Positions 40,460 through 50,503 of a DNA stretch of 64,000 nucleotides are shown one piece after another. A program made the position numbers and the translations under genes. The stretch is from Deltaproteobacteria bacterium (GTDB lineage: Bacteria; Desulfobacterota_D; UBA1144; Nemesobacterales; CSP1-2): positions 1-64,000 of the forward strand of contig JBQTHB010000004.1 in assembly GCA_052390235.1 (NCBI GenBank), given 5' to 3'. The notes under the pieces were generated by a model that was given only the letters and a program-made list of their open reading frames with translations, was not told the DNA's origin and made no database searches. Position 1 is the first letter of the stretch; each line of letters begins with the position of its first letter.

Positions 40460-41713
40460 ATGGCAACGAAATCCGCCGTTCTCGTCCTCTGCTTTATCCT
40501 TGCCGCCGCCGAGGGAATCTCTCCTGTTTTCGGGGCAGAGGATAATTTGCGGAGGGAATACGAAATTGACCAATTAATTGAATTAGCTCTTAAAAATAAC
40601 CCGTCTGTGCCGTCCGCCATCTCGAATATTGAAATTGCAATGGCGCATCTTCAGGCGGCGCGGGCGTATCCGAATCCCGACATCGGTATCACTTTGTCCG
40701 CAGGCGAATCGAGGGGCGAAGACGACTCAAAAACCGAATACAGCATCTCGTCGAGGCAAATCGTTGAATTCCCCCTGAAGCGTCTGTACAGGGGAAAAGC
40801 CGCCGAGGCGGGAGTAAGGGTTGCCGAATTTCAGGCAGACGCCGCAAAAGCGGAGCTTGTTTATACCGTCAAGCGGATTTACTACTCGATTTTGCTAGCC
40901 CAAAAAGATGCCGAAGCGGCGGCAGAGAGCTTGGACGCCGCAAAAACAGTTTTTGACATCGCCTGGCGCAGAGCCGAACTTGGCGAATCCACCGAACTCG
41001 ATTTCGTCAAATCGAAAATCGAGAGGGTAGGGGCTGAAAGGGAGCTAATCCGCGCCCAAACGAATTTAAACGCGCTAAAAGCGATATTGAACAGACTTCT
41101 CGGAGATTCTCTGGGAGGCGGGGGCTATGAGGTTGCCGGGGAGCTTGCGCCTCCATCCGCAATCATAGGCTTGGATAAAATAGCCGCCGATGCAACGGCT
41201 TCCAATTCTGAATTGAAAGCCCGGCAAACCGAGGTGAGCCGCGCCGGATTTGCCCTCTCGGAGCAGAAAATTTCAATAGTTCCCGACATCTCTGTTGAGG
41301 GCTTCTACAACGAGGAGATTGATAAAACCTCCTTCGGGGGCGGAATCGGCATAACAGTCCCGATTTGGAATCGCAATCAAGGCGGAATTGCCGGCGCGAG
41401 GGCTGAAGAGCGCAGGGCATTACTCCAGGCGGGTCTCTTTAGAATCGAGATTTTAAACGCCATTGAAGATGAATACAAAAACTATAAAATCGCCTTCGAG
41501 CAATCAAAGCTATTTACCAGCGAACTGCTGGAGAGGGCAAAGGGCTCGCTTGAAATAACGCGCTTGAGCTACGAGCAGGGCGAAATAGGGCTTTTGGACG
41601 TCCTTGATACCCTAAGAACTTATCGCGCGGTACGCTCGGAATATTACCGAATTCTCTTTGAGTTCTATGTGTCGCAAATCGCATTGGAAAAAATCGCAGG
41701 AGGGAAAATATGA
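40460..41713 (+). CDS. TolC/CzcC-family outer membrane factor
   Basis: ALKNNP, YPNP, PIWNRNQG, YEQGEIGLLDVLD. Confidence 0.92.
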   Translation: MATKSAVLVLCFILAAAEGISPVFGAEDNLRREYEIDQLIELALKNNPSVPSAISNIEIAMAHLQAARAYPNPDIGITLSAGESRGEDDSKTEYSISSRQIVEFPLKRLYRGKAAEAGVRVAEFQADAAKAELVYTVKRIYYSILLAQKDAEAAAESLDAAKTVFDIAWRRAELGESTELDFVKSKIERVGAERELIRAQTNLNALKAILNRLLGDSLGGGGYEVAGELAPPSAIIGLDKIAADATASNSELKARQTEVSRAGFALSEQKISIVPDISVEGFYNEEIDKTSFGGGIGITVPIWNRNQGGIAGARAEERRALLQAGLFRIEILNAIEDEYKNYKIAFEQSKLFTSELLERAKGSLEITRLSYEQGEIGLLDVLDTLRTYRAVRSEYYRILFEFYVSQIALEKIAGGKI

Positions 41714-42933
41714 GGTCGACAAATTCGCCATTGAAATCAAATATAAAAATAACTCTCTTCGGCGCGTCGGTTCTAGCGCTTGTGATTGTTTTAATTTCGT
41801 GCGGCGGCGGGGAGACGGCGCGAAACGACAGAGAGATGCAGGACGAAGAGCAGATGCACGGAGAACATGAGGGAGAAGCGCCCGGCATGGTCAACCTCAG
41901 CCCGGAATCCCTGAAGACGGCGAACATTGAAGTTGAGGAGGCTTCTTTAAAGCTTCTAAACGATATTTTGCAGGTTACCGGAAAGGTCTATTTCAATGAA
42001 AATAAACTTGCCCACATTGGCTCCCGTGTTGCCGGAAGAATCCTTCAACTCAGGGCTAATTTAGGCGATAGGGTCGAAGAAGGGGCGATACTTGCCGTGA
42101 TAGACAGCATAGAGCTAGGAGAGGCTGAGTCGCGCTATCTTAGGTTAAGGGCGAATCTCGATGCCCAAGAAAAGTCTCTTGAGAGGGCGAGGACACTGCT
42201 CGATGGCAAGGCAATACCCCTCGGCGAGTTTCAAAGGCGCGAGGCGGAGTACATATCTGTAAGAGCCGAGTTTAGAGCCGCTGAGGACAGGCTTGGGCTT
42301 CTAGGCGTGAGCAAAGGGGAGATATTAAAGAGCGGGGCGGTGAACTCCAAATACTCCGTAAGAGCGCCTTTTGCAGGAACAATTGTCGAACGGCAAGCGA
42401 CTATCGGCGAGATCATAGAGCCTGCGGCAAATCTATTCATGCTTGCGGATCTCTCAGCGCTCTGGGTCATAGCGGACATCTCCGAAAGAGACATCTCTCT
42501 GATTCAGACGGGACTTGCTGTGGAGATAATGGTTTCTGCGTATCCAAATGATCTGTTTAAAGGCGTGATTACATACATAGGGGATATGCTCGATTCTTCA
42601 ACTCGTACGGTGAAGATTAGGACGGAAGTGGACAATTCTGTGGGAAAACTCAAGCCCGAAATGTTTGCATCGGTGAACATTTTGACTGAAGGAGAAGAGA
42701 ACGTCCTTGCAATACCTGAATCCGCCCTGCAGAGGGACGGCGAGGATACCTTCGTGTTTATCGCAAAAGGCGAATACGCCTTTGAGAAGAGGGTAGTAGC
42801 CGTCGGCCCTGCGGTGAGAGGCTTCCATCGAGTCATATCCGGGATTGAACCTGGGGAAGGGGTGGTTACAGGCGGGGCTTTCATCCTTAAGTCGGAGTTG
42901 CAGAAAGGGGAGTTGGACGGACACGGGCATTAA
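41710..42933 (+). CDS. CzcB-family RND periplasmic adaptor (lipoprotein, His-rich ends)
   Basis: LISC lipobox, QMHGEHEGE, RAPFAG, LKPEMF, C-terminal GHGH. Confidence 0.92.
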   Translation: MRSTNSPLKSNIKITLFGASVLALVIVLISCGGGETARNDREMQDEEQMHGEHEGEAPGMVNLSPESLKTANIEVEEASLKLLNDILQVTGKVYFNENKLAHIGSRVAGRILQLRANLGDRVEEGAILAVIDSIELGEAESRYLRLRANLDAQEKSLERARTLLDGKAIPLGEFQRREAEYISVRAEFRAAEDRLGLLGVSKGEILKSGAVNSKYSVRAPFAGTIVERQATIGEIIEPAANLFMLADLSALWVIADISERDISLIQTGLAVEIMVSAYPNDLFKGVITYIGDMLDSSTRTVKIRTEVDNSVGKLKPEMFASVNILTEGEENVLAIPESALQRDGEDTFVFIAKGEYAFEKRVVAVGPAVRGFHRVISGIEPGEGVVTGGAFILKSELQKGELDGHGH

Positions 42934-42963
42934 TCGGGTTTATTCACATTGGAGGCTAATTAA

Positions 42964-45900
42964 ATGATTGACAGACTGATTTCATCCGCCTTGGAGCAGA
43001 GGCTTCTCGTCATGGTAGGAGTGGTGTTTATGGCGGCTTTAGGCTTTTATGCTTATATCAATATTCCGATTGACGCTTTCCCGGATATAACCAACACTCA
43101 GGTTCAGATACTCAGCACCGCGCCGGGTCGCTCTCCGGTAGAGGTAGAGAGATTTGTAACATACCCGATAGAGGCGCAGATGACAGGGCTTCCGGGTCTT
43201 GTCGAGCTAAGGTCTATATCAAAATTCGGACTCTCCGTAATCACGGTGGTTTTCGAGGACGGAGTGGATATTTACTTTGCGAGGCAGCTCATCTTGGAAA
43301 GGCTCGCGGCGGCAAAAGAGAAGTTGCCGCAAGGGGTGGAAGCTTTGCTTGCCCCCGTTTCAACAGGACTCGGGGAGATATATCAATACACTTTGGAGAA
43401 ACCCGGAGAGCCGAGGCTTACGGAGGATGAACTCAGAGACTTAAGAACCCTTCAGGATTGGGCGCTGAGGCCAATTTTAAGGACCATACCAGGGGTCGCG
43501 GATATAAATTCATTCGGAGGATTTGTAAAACAGTACGAGGTGATTGTGCAGCCTCAGAAATTAATAAAATACGGCGTTTCTCTGGGCGATGTGTTCGACG
43601 CCGTATCCGAGAACAACTCCAACGCCGGGGGCGGTGTAATTGAGAGCTCCTCGGAGCAGTACATTGTCAGAGGGGTAGGTCTCATAGAGGACGCAAGGGA
43701 TATAGAAGACATCGTGGTAAAAGAATATCAAGGAACGCCCGTCTTTATTAAAGACGTTGCCGATGTAGCTTTAGGGCATGAGACAAGACAGGGCGCGCTG
43801 GTAAAGGACGGCAGAGGTGAGGCGGTCGGCGGTATTGTGATGATGGTAAGCGGCGGAAACGGCAGAGAGATAGTTTCTGCGGTGAAAGCGAAGATAGAAG
43901 AAATAAACAACAGCGGCACACTTAAAGAGATCAAAATAAAACCTTTCTACGACAGGACCGAGCTAGTTGAAAAAAGCGTCGCTACGGTTACAAACGCCTT
44001 AAAAGAGGGAGCCGTTCTGATAGTCATAATTCTCTACCTGTTTTTGAGAAGCATCAGAGGGGCGGTGGTAGTGGTTTTGACTCTGCCTCTTGCGGTGCTG
44101 GCGACACTTATCGTGATGTGGAGGGCGGGGCTTTCGGCTAACCTTATGTCTCTCGGAGGGCTTGCTATATCGCTCGGCATGATTATAGACGCCGCAATTA
44201 TTCAGGTGGAAAATGCGCAGAGACACCTCTCCAAGTCGGGGACAAAACCAAAGACAAGCGCGGTACTTCAGGCGGTTTTAGAAGTCAGAAAGCCGAGCCT
44301 CTTTGGAGAATTGATAATCGCCGTAACGTTTCTTCCCATTATAACCCTTGAGGGAATAGAAGGAAAGCTGTTCAGCCCTCTTGCCTACACCGTAGTAATC
44401 GCTTTGCTTTCATCGCTCGTTCTCTCCATATTCGTCGTACCTGTACTCTGCTCTATCTTTTTGAAGTCTGAGAGGGAGAAGGAAAGCCCGCTGGTACGCT
44501 GGGCCAATAAGCCGTACTTACCCGCCCTCAAGTGGGCGATCAGGCGTCCGAAGGCGGTTATATCTGCCGCCGTAATATTGTTGGCCGGAAGTATCGCACT
44601 GTTCCCGTTCCTCGGCACGGAATTTATCCCAACCCTTGAGGAAGGGACGCTCTCCCCGCAAATAATCAGACTGCCTAGCATCTCCCTTACCGAATCAATC
44701 GAGATGGAAAAAACGGTTCAACAGAGGCTAAGGAGAATACCTGAGGTAGAAACCGTCGTATCGAGGATCGGGACGGCGGAGATAGCCACAGACCCTATGG
44801 GGCCGAACCTGAGCGATCCCATAGTTACCATTAAACCGAAAGACGAGTGGAAAGAAGCGGAGACTATGGACGACATCAGAAATAAGATAAGAGAAGAGCT
44901 TGAGTCCGTACCCGGCATAAACGTCAATTTAACTCAGCCGATTGCGCTGAGGTTCGACGAGCTTATCTCCGGGGTTAGGTCTCAAATTGGAATAAAAATC
45001 TTTGGAGACGACATGGACATTCTCAAAAAAAAGGCGGATGAAATCGCAATGGTGATGTCAACCGTCGAGGGCGTCAGGGATTTGAGGGTGGAACAGATTG
45101 TCGGTCAGCCTTACTTGACTGTGAATATTGACAGAAGAAAGATCGCCAGATACGGCATCAACGTTTCCGACGTGCAGGAGATTATAGAGACCGCCATCGG
45201 CGGGAAGGTCGCTACCGAGGTTTTTGAAGGGGATAGGAGTTTCGGCGTTCTTGTGAGATTCCCTGAAGAAAATAGAAATAGCGTTGAGACCATAAGCGGC
45301 ATGTTCGTGAAGGCGGCAAACGGCGCTTCCATACCTCTTGCGTCTCTTGCAAATATTTCCGTTTCGGAAGGACCCGTTCAGGTGAGCAGGGAGAACTCAA
45401 AGAGGAGAATAGTCGTCGAAGCCAATGTAGAGGGCAGAGACATCGGCGGTTTCGTTGCCGAGGGGCAGAGCAAAATACAGGCTCAGGTGGATTTACCTTT
45501 GGGCTACTACATCACTTGGGGGGGGCAGTTCGAGAACCAGCAGAGGGCGATGAAGAGATTATTTATCGTAGCGCCGCTCACGATAGCCCTCATTTTTTTC
45601 TTACTGTTCACCACTTTTAACTCTCTGAAATACGCCGCCCTGATAATATTTAACCTCTGCTTCGCCGCCATTGGAGGAATTTTTGGCCTCTGGATTTCAG
45701 GGCAGTACCTATCAGTTCCAGCCTCGGTCGGCTTCATCGCCCTGTTCGGGGTGTCGGTCTTAAACGGGGTTGTGCTTGTCTCCTACATTAACAATTTGCG
45801 CGAAGAGGGGATGGCGCTTGAGGAAGCCATCGTAATTGGCTCTGAGAGGAGGCTAAAACCCATTCTCATGACCGCCTTTGTCGCCATTTTGGGCTTGATT

Positions 45901-46053
45901 CCCCTCCTCTTTGCCGATGGTCCCGGTTCTGAGGTGCAAAAACCGCTCGCCACAGTCGTCGTCGGAGGACTTATCTCTTCCACAATTTTAACCTTGATTG
46001 TTCTCCCGACCCTGTACGGATGGGTTGAGGCGAGGTATCGAGCAACAGCATAA
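42964..46053 (+). CDS. czcA: CzcA/CusA-family heavy-metal RND permease
   Basis: IDAFPDIT..QVQ, TGLGEIYQY, GMIIDAAIIQVEN, EVQKPLATVVVGG. Confidence 0.92.
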   Translation: MIDRLISSALEQRLLVMVGVVFMAALGFYAYINIPIDAFPDITNTQVQILSTAPGRSPVEVERFVTYPIEAQMTGLPGLVELRSISKFGLSVITVVFEDGVDIYFARQLILERLAAAKEKLPQGVEALLAPVSTGLGEIYQYTLEKPGEPRLTEDELRDLRTLQDWALRPILRTIPGVADINSFGGFVKQYEVIVQPQKLIKYGVSLGDVFDAVSENNSNAGGGVIESSSEQYIVRGVGLIEDARDIEDIVVKEYQGTPVFIKDVADVALGHETRQGALVKDGRGEAVGGIVMMVSGGNGREIVSAVKAKIEEINNSGTLKEIKIKPFYDRTELVEKSVATVTNALKEGAVLIVIILYLFLRSIRGAVVVVLTLPLAVLATLIVMWRAGLSANLMSLGGLAISLGMIIDAAIIQVENAQRHLSKSGTKPKTSAVLQAVLEVRKPSLFGELIIAVTFLPIITLEGIEGKLFSPLAYTVVIALLSSLVLSIFVVPVLCSIFLKSEREKESPLVRWANKPYLPALKWAIRRPKAVISAAVILLAGSIALFPFLGTEFIPTLEEGTLSPQIIRLPSISLTESIEMEKTVQQRLRRIPEVETVVSRIGTAEIATDPMGPNLSDPIVTIKPKDEWKEAETMDDIRNKIREELESVPGINVNLTQPIALRFDELISGVRSQIGIKIFGDDMDILKKKADEIAMVMSTVEGVRDLRVEQIVGQPYLTVNIDRRKIARYGINVSDVQEIIETAIGGKVATEVFEGDRSFGVLVRFPEENRNSVETISGMFVKAANGASIPLASLANISVSEGPVQVSRENSKRRIVVEANVEGRDIGGFVAEGQSKIQAQVDLPLGYYITWGGQFENQQRAMKRLFIVAPLTIALIFFLLFTTFNSLKYAALIIFNLCFAAIGGIFGLWISGQYLSVPASVGFIALFGVSVLNGVVLVSYINNLREEGMALEEAIVIGSERRLKPILMTAFVAILGLIPLLFADGPGSEVQKPLATVVVGGLISSTILTLIVLPTLYGWVEARYRATA

Positions 46054-46112
46054 TGAGTATTGGATTAGTGATTTTAAGCTGAGAACTCATGGAATCGCTA
46101 CTTGCCCAATTC

Positions 46113-46180
46113 TTGACACTGGATTGGGTAGCGTATATATTTTAGTGCAGACTAATTTATATTTTAAGTTTATTAAATTT
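46113..46180 (+). promoter_or_regulatory. Sigma70 promoter with DtxR/MntR/TroR-like operator
   Basis: TTGACA-17-TATATT followed by palindrome TTAGT-GCAG-ACTAA (46142-46155) and a degenerate copy 22 bp downstream. Confidence 0.7.
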
Positions 46181-46197
46181 CAAATCAGGAGAAAAAA

Positions 46198-47178
46198 ATG
46201 TATAAAATCAAACACGCGCTGGGCTTATTGCTGGCGGTTCTGTTTTTAGCCGCCGCCTCATGCACATCTGAAAAAGCCGACAACGAGCCGGCCGCCGGCG
46301 GGAAGGAATCCCTGTCCTCAAGACCCATAAGGGTCGTAACCACAATTGCGCAAATTGCCGACGCCGCTCAGGTCATCGGGGGCAAGCGGGTTCAGGTTTC
46401 ATCCCTCATGGGCCCCGGCGTTGACCCGCACCTCTACAAGGCGAGCGCGGGAGACGTAACCCTGATGGCGCAGGCGGACGTGATTTTCTATAACGGTCTC
46501 CACCTCGAGGGCAAAATGGCTGAGGTATTCGAGCAGATGCAAAAGCGCGCTGTCAGAACCGTTGCCGTTGCCGACGCTGTCAGCCGTTCGTCCCTCCTGA
46601 GCCCGCCTGAATTCGAGGGGAATTACGACCCTCACATCTGGTTCGACGTGGCTCTTTGGATGAGCGCCGTCGAGAAGGTGCGGGACGAATTAATTCAGAT
46701 GGATGCTGAAAACGCGCAGACCTACAGGCAGAACGCCGAGGCTTATTTAGCGGAGCTCAAAGCGACTGATGAATATGTGAAAGCCCAAGCGGCGAGGCTG
46801 GATCCAAGCCGCAGGGCGCTTATCACCGCGCACGACGCATTTAACTATTTTGGACGGGCTTACGGTTTTGAGGTGAAGGGGCTTCAGGGCATCAGCACGG
46901 CTACAGAAGCCGGAGCGGGAGACGTTCAAAGACTTGCCGATTTTATCGTGGAGCGCGAGATTCCCGCCATCTTTGTGGAATCAACCGTGCCTCAGCGCTA
47001 TATCGAAGCCGTGCAGGCGGCGGTAAAGTCCAGAGGGTTTGAGGTCAAAATCGGCGGCTCGCTTTTCTCGGACGCCATGGGGAATCCCGGAACCCCTGAG
47101 GGAACTTACATCGGAATGGTGCGTCATAATATCAACACGATAGTCAGCGCTCTGAGCCAATTAAAGGATCCGTCATGA
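46198..47178 (+). CDS. troA: Mn/Zn/Fe ABC transporter substrate-binding lipoprotein (TroA/MntA)
   Basis: AASC lipobox, [30 protein letters not shown]. Confidence 0.92.
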   Translation: MYKIKHALGLLLAVLFLAAASCTSEKADNEPAAGGKESLSSRPIRVVTTIAQIADAAQVIGGKRVQVSSLMGPGVDPHLYKASAGDVTLMAQADVIFYNGLHLEGKMAEVFEQMQKRAVRTVAVADAVSRSSLLSPPEFEGNYDPHIWFDVALWMSAVEKVRDELIQMDAENAQTYRQNAEAYLAELKATDEYVKAQAARLDPSRRALITAHDAFNYFGRAYGFEVKGLQGISTATEAGAGDVQRLADFIVEREIPAIFVESTVPQRYIEAVQAAVKSRGFEVKIGGSLFSDAMGNPGTPEGTYIGMVRHNINTIVSALSQLKDPS

Positions 47179-48002
47179 CACCGGTGCTGAAGATGAAAAA
47201 AAGGCAGGACACTTCGACTCATTCTGCGATAGAAGTTTCTGACCTGACCGTCGCCTACAGGGAAAAGCCCGTGCTTTGGGACGTTGACCTCACCGTCTCC
47301 GCCGGGGTGCTGATGGCTATCGTAGGGCCCAACGGCGCGGGAAAAACCACGTTAATCAAAGCCGTGCTGGGACTGGTTCGCCCATCAGCGGGGCAAATGC
47401 TCATCTACGGCAGACCCTACGCCGAGAGCCGCCGCCTCGTTGCCTACGTCCCTCAGCGCGGGAGCGTGGACTGGGATTTCCCTACGAGCGTTCTCGATGT
47501 GGTCATGATGGGGCGCTATGGCTCACTCGGATGGATTCGCCGCCCCGGCGGCGGGGAGCGCAAAGCCGCCCTGGAAGCCCTCGAAAAGGTCGGGATGTCG
47601 CCCTATGCCCAGAGACAGATAAACCAGCTCTCCGGCGGACAGCAGCAGCGCGTGTTTCTCGCCCGCGCCCTTGCCCAAGACGCTCAGGTTTATTTTATGG
47701 ACGAGCCTTTCCAGGGCGTTGATGCCACAACTGAAAAGGCAATAGTCGCCCTCTTGCAAGAGCTCAGAGAGGCTGGCAGGACTGTGGTCGTCGTTCATCA
47801 CGATTTGCAGACCGTGCCTGAATACTTCGACTCTGTGATGCTTCTCAATGTGCGCTGTATTGCGAGCGGCCCTGTGAGCGAGGTTTTTACCGAGCAGAAT
47901 CTGAGGCTCACCTACGGCGGCAGAGTCGCTTTCCTCAAACACGGCGGCATCACAGAAGCCCCGGGGACAAAATCCACGGGCGAGACCGCTGGGAGAGTAT
48001 AG
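47175..48002 (+). CDS. troB: Mn/Zn ABC transporter ATPase (TroB/MntB)
   Basis: [35 protein letters not shown]. Confidence 0.93.
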   Translation: MTPVLKMKKRQDTSTHSAIEVSDLTVAYREKPVLWDVDLTVSAGVLMAIVGPNGAGKTTLIKAVLGLVRPSAGQMLIYGRPYAESRRLVAYVPQRGSVDWDFPTSVLDVVMMGRYGSLGWIRRPGGGERKAALEALEKVGMSPYAQRQINQLSGGQQQRVFLARALAQDAQVYFMDEPFQGVDATTEKAIVALLQELREAGRTVVVVHHDLQTVPEYFDSVMLLNVRCIASGPVSEVFTEQNLRLTYGGRVAFLKHGGITEAPGTKSTGETAGRV

Positions 48003-48006
48003 TAAG

Positions 48007-49137
48007 TTGGATTTGCTTCGAGACCTCTTCTTTGATTACACCCTCCGCACTGTAGCTCTAGGGTCTGCTACTCTGGGCATAGTGAGCGGGGCGCTTGGGA
48101 CATTTGCCGTGCTTAGGAAGCAGAGCCTCCTCGGAGATGCGATGTCTCACGCCGCTCTGCCCGGAATTGCCATAGCGTTTCTGCTGACCGGAAGCAAAGA
48201 GGTAATAGTATTGGTCGTCGGGGCGGCGGTCGCTGGGTGGATAGGCACTCTCCTCATCATGGGCGTTGTAGGCGCGACACGAGTGAAATACGACAGTGCC
48301 CTGGGAATTGTGCTTTCGGTGTTCTTCGGGTTTGGGCTTATGCTCCTTACTTTCATCCAAAAAATGCCGGATGCGAATCAAGCCGGTCTCAATAAATTTT
48401 TATTCGGGCAAGCGGCGACCCTCCTTGAGCGGGACGTGATAACAATGGCGATTATCGGCGCTGTGTCGCTCGCGTTGACAGCGGCGTTTTGGAAGGAGTT
48501 CAAGCTCCTGAGCTTCGACCCTGATTTCGGCTCAAGCCTAGGATTTCCGATGAGGGCTTTGGATATACTGCTGACTACGCTGCTGGTCGTCGCCATAGTC
48601 ATAGGATTGCAGACCGTCGGCGTAGTGCTGATGAGCGCGATGGTAGTTGCCCCTGCGGCGGCGGCGCGTCAGTGGACGGACAGGCTGGGGGTCATGATAG
48701 TCCTCTCTGCGCTCTTTGGGGCGCTCTCAGGCGTAACGGGGGCAATCATCAGCGCGTCAACCGACCATCTGCCTACGGGTCCCACGATAGTGCTTTGCGT
48801 GAGCTTGATTGTGCTTCTATCGCTTGTATTCGCGCCCAACCGAGGTATTGCCTGGAGGTGGATTCGAGACCGCCGAAATAGCCGTAAACTCCAGTCCGAA
48901 GCCGTACTCGAAGACCTATATTCGCTGGCAGTGCGGCATAAAAACCTAGAACACGCCCACTCGGTCTCTGTGCTACGGCTCATGAACCCGAACCCCGCCG
49001 GCGTCCAGAGGGGTCTTGCAGAGCTTGAAAAACGAGGGCTGACGAGAAAAACGGGCGCGGACTCTTGGGCGTTGACCCCGCTGGGGGCGTCCGAAGCCGG
49101 GCGGCTTGCAAAGACATTTACGGAGGCGGAGCAATAA
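48007..49137 (+). CDS. troC: Mn/Zn ABC permease (TroC) with C-terminal winged-helix extension
   Basis: GDAMSHAALPG, LFGQAA, FDP.F; C-terminal LEDLY...LAELEKRGL...LTPLG. Confidence 0.9.
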   Translation: MDLLRDLFFDYTLRTVALGSATLGIVSGALGTFAVLRKQSLLGDAMSHAALPGIAIAFLLTGSKEVIVLVVGAAVAGWIGTLLIMGVVGATRVKYDSALGIVLSVFFGFGLMLLTFIQKMPDANQAGLNKFLFGQAATLLERDVITMAIIGAVSLALTAAFWKEFKLLSFDPDFGSSLGFPMRALDILLTTLLVVAIVIGLQTVGVVLMSAMVVAPAAAARQWTDRLGVMIVLSALFGALSGVTGAIISASTDHLPTGPTIVLCVSLIVLLSLVFAPNRGIAWRWIRDRRNSRKLQSEAVLEDLYSLAVRHKNLEHAHSVSVLRLMNPNPAGVQRGLAELEKRGLTRKTGADSWALTPLGASEAGRLAKTFTEAEQ

Positions 49138-50243
49138 CATCTCAGCAGATAGAAATTCAGTTAATTGCCGCTATTGTAGCTGTGGCGTGCGCCCTTCCCG
49201 GCGCGTTCCTAGTGCTTCGGCGCATGGCAATGATGAGCGACGCCATAAGTCATACGATACTGCTCGGCATAGTGCTTGCCTTCTTCATTACGGAGGATCT
49301 CTCTTCTCCCCTGCTAATTGTTGCCGCAACGCTGACGGGCTTGATTACAGTTGCGCTGGTGGAACTGATAAACCGCACGAGGCTTCTGCGCGAGGACGCC
49401 GCCATCGGGTTGGTATTTCCGGCGCTTTTCAGCGTTGGGGTGATATTAATTTCAAAATACGCCGGAGATGTGCACCTCGACACGGACGCCGTGCTTCTGG
49501 GGGAGCTTGCCTTTGCCCCATTTGACAGGTTCGCGCTGTGGGGCGAAGACATAGGCCCAAAATCGCTCTATGTGATGGGGGCGATTCTGCTGCTGAATTT
49601 GGCGTTGATTCTGCTCTTCTACAAGGAACTCAAGCTCGCCACTTTCGATTCGGCTCTGGCGGCGGCTTTGGGATTTTCCCCCGCGCTCGTCCACTACGGG
49701 CTTATGGGGATGGTCTCGGTTACGGCTGTTGGCGCGTTTGATGCCGTGGGTTCGATACTCGTCGTCGCGCTGATGATAGCCCCTCCGGCATCGGCGTATC
49801 TACTGACCGACAGCCTATCGCGCATGATTCTCACGGGGGCGGCGGCCGGCGTGCTAAGCGCAATCTCAGGCTACTGGCTCGCTCACCTCTTGGATGCGAA
49901 CATCGCAGGCTCGATGGCGACTATGTCGGGGGCGCTGTTTCTTCTCGCCTTCTTTTTCTCGCCGCATAGGGGGATGCTCGCGGTTTTCCGCAGGCGCCGC
50001 GCTCAAAAGTGGGAGTTTGCCGAGAAGATGCTCGTCATTCACCTAGCCAATCATGAAGGAATGCCGGACGCCGAGCGAGAGTGCCGTATGGAACATCTCT
50101 ATGAACATCTGCGCTGGAAGCCGGAATTTGCCGGCAGAGTCGTGAAACGCGCCGAGCAAAACGGTCTAATCCTTAGGGGCGATGCGTATTTGCACCTCAC
50201 GGAAAACGGGCGAGAAGCCGCCAGCGCCGCCGCCGTGGCGTGA
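49134..50243 (+). CDS. troD: Mn/Zn ABC permease (TroD) with C-terminal winged-helix extension; probable ATA start
   Basis: SDAISHTILLG, HLDTDAVLLGEL; GGAGG 7 nt before ATA 49134, which overlaps the troC stop. Confidence 0.85.
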   Translation: MTSQQIEIQLIAAIVAVACALPGAFLVLRRMAMMSDAISHTILLGIVLAFFITEDLSSPLLIVAATLTGLITVALVELINRTRLLREDAAIGLVFPALFSVGVILISKYAGDVHLDTDAVLLGELAFAPFDRFALWGEDIGPKSLYVMGAILLLNLALILLFYKELKLATFDSALAAALGFSPALVHYGLMGMVSVTAVGAFDAVGSILVVALMIAPPASAYLLTDSLSRMILTGAAAGVLSAISGYWLAHLLDANIAGSMATMSGALFLLAFFFSPHRGMLAVFRRRRAQKWEFAEKMLVIHLANHEGMPDAERECRMEHLYEHLRWKPEFAGRVVKRAEQNGLILRGDAYLHLTENGREAASAAAVA

Positions 50244-50503
50244 TTGTTTTACTACTTGCCTGTCATGCTCGAATGTTCCTATCTGGCATCCACTTCTAGC
50301 TGCAGCAACGGCCTGGGTTCGACGGTCTCGGTGTAAACTCCGCCGAGAAATCCTCAGAATATTTTCCCTGTTTCTGTCTTTTGTTATGACTCCTCTCTTC
50401 GAGATGCCTGCGATTTATGAGCCTCCCCGATAATAAGATTTGCAGACCGGCGGCGGCTGAGTAATTATTAACTCCAAAATCCACTGGATTTCGAGGAGGA
50501 ATC

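Noticed and set aside
50244..50503. Possible transposase remnant on the minus strand (KYSEDF-like peptide)
   Set aside because: Too short; no terminal inverted repeats and no continuing transposase similarity
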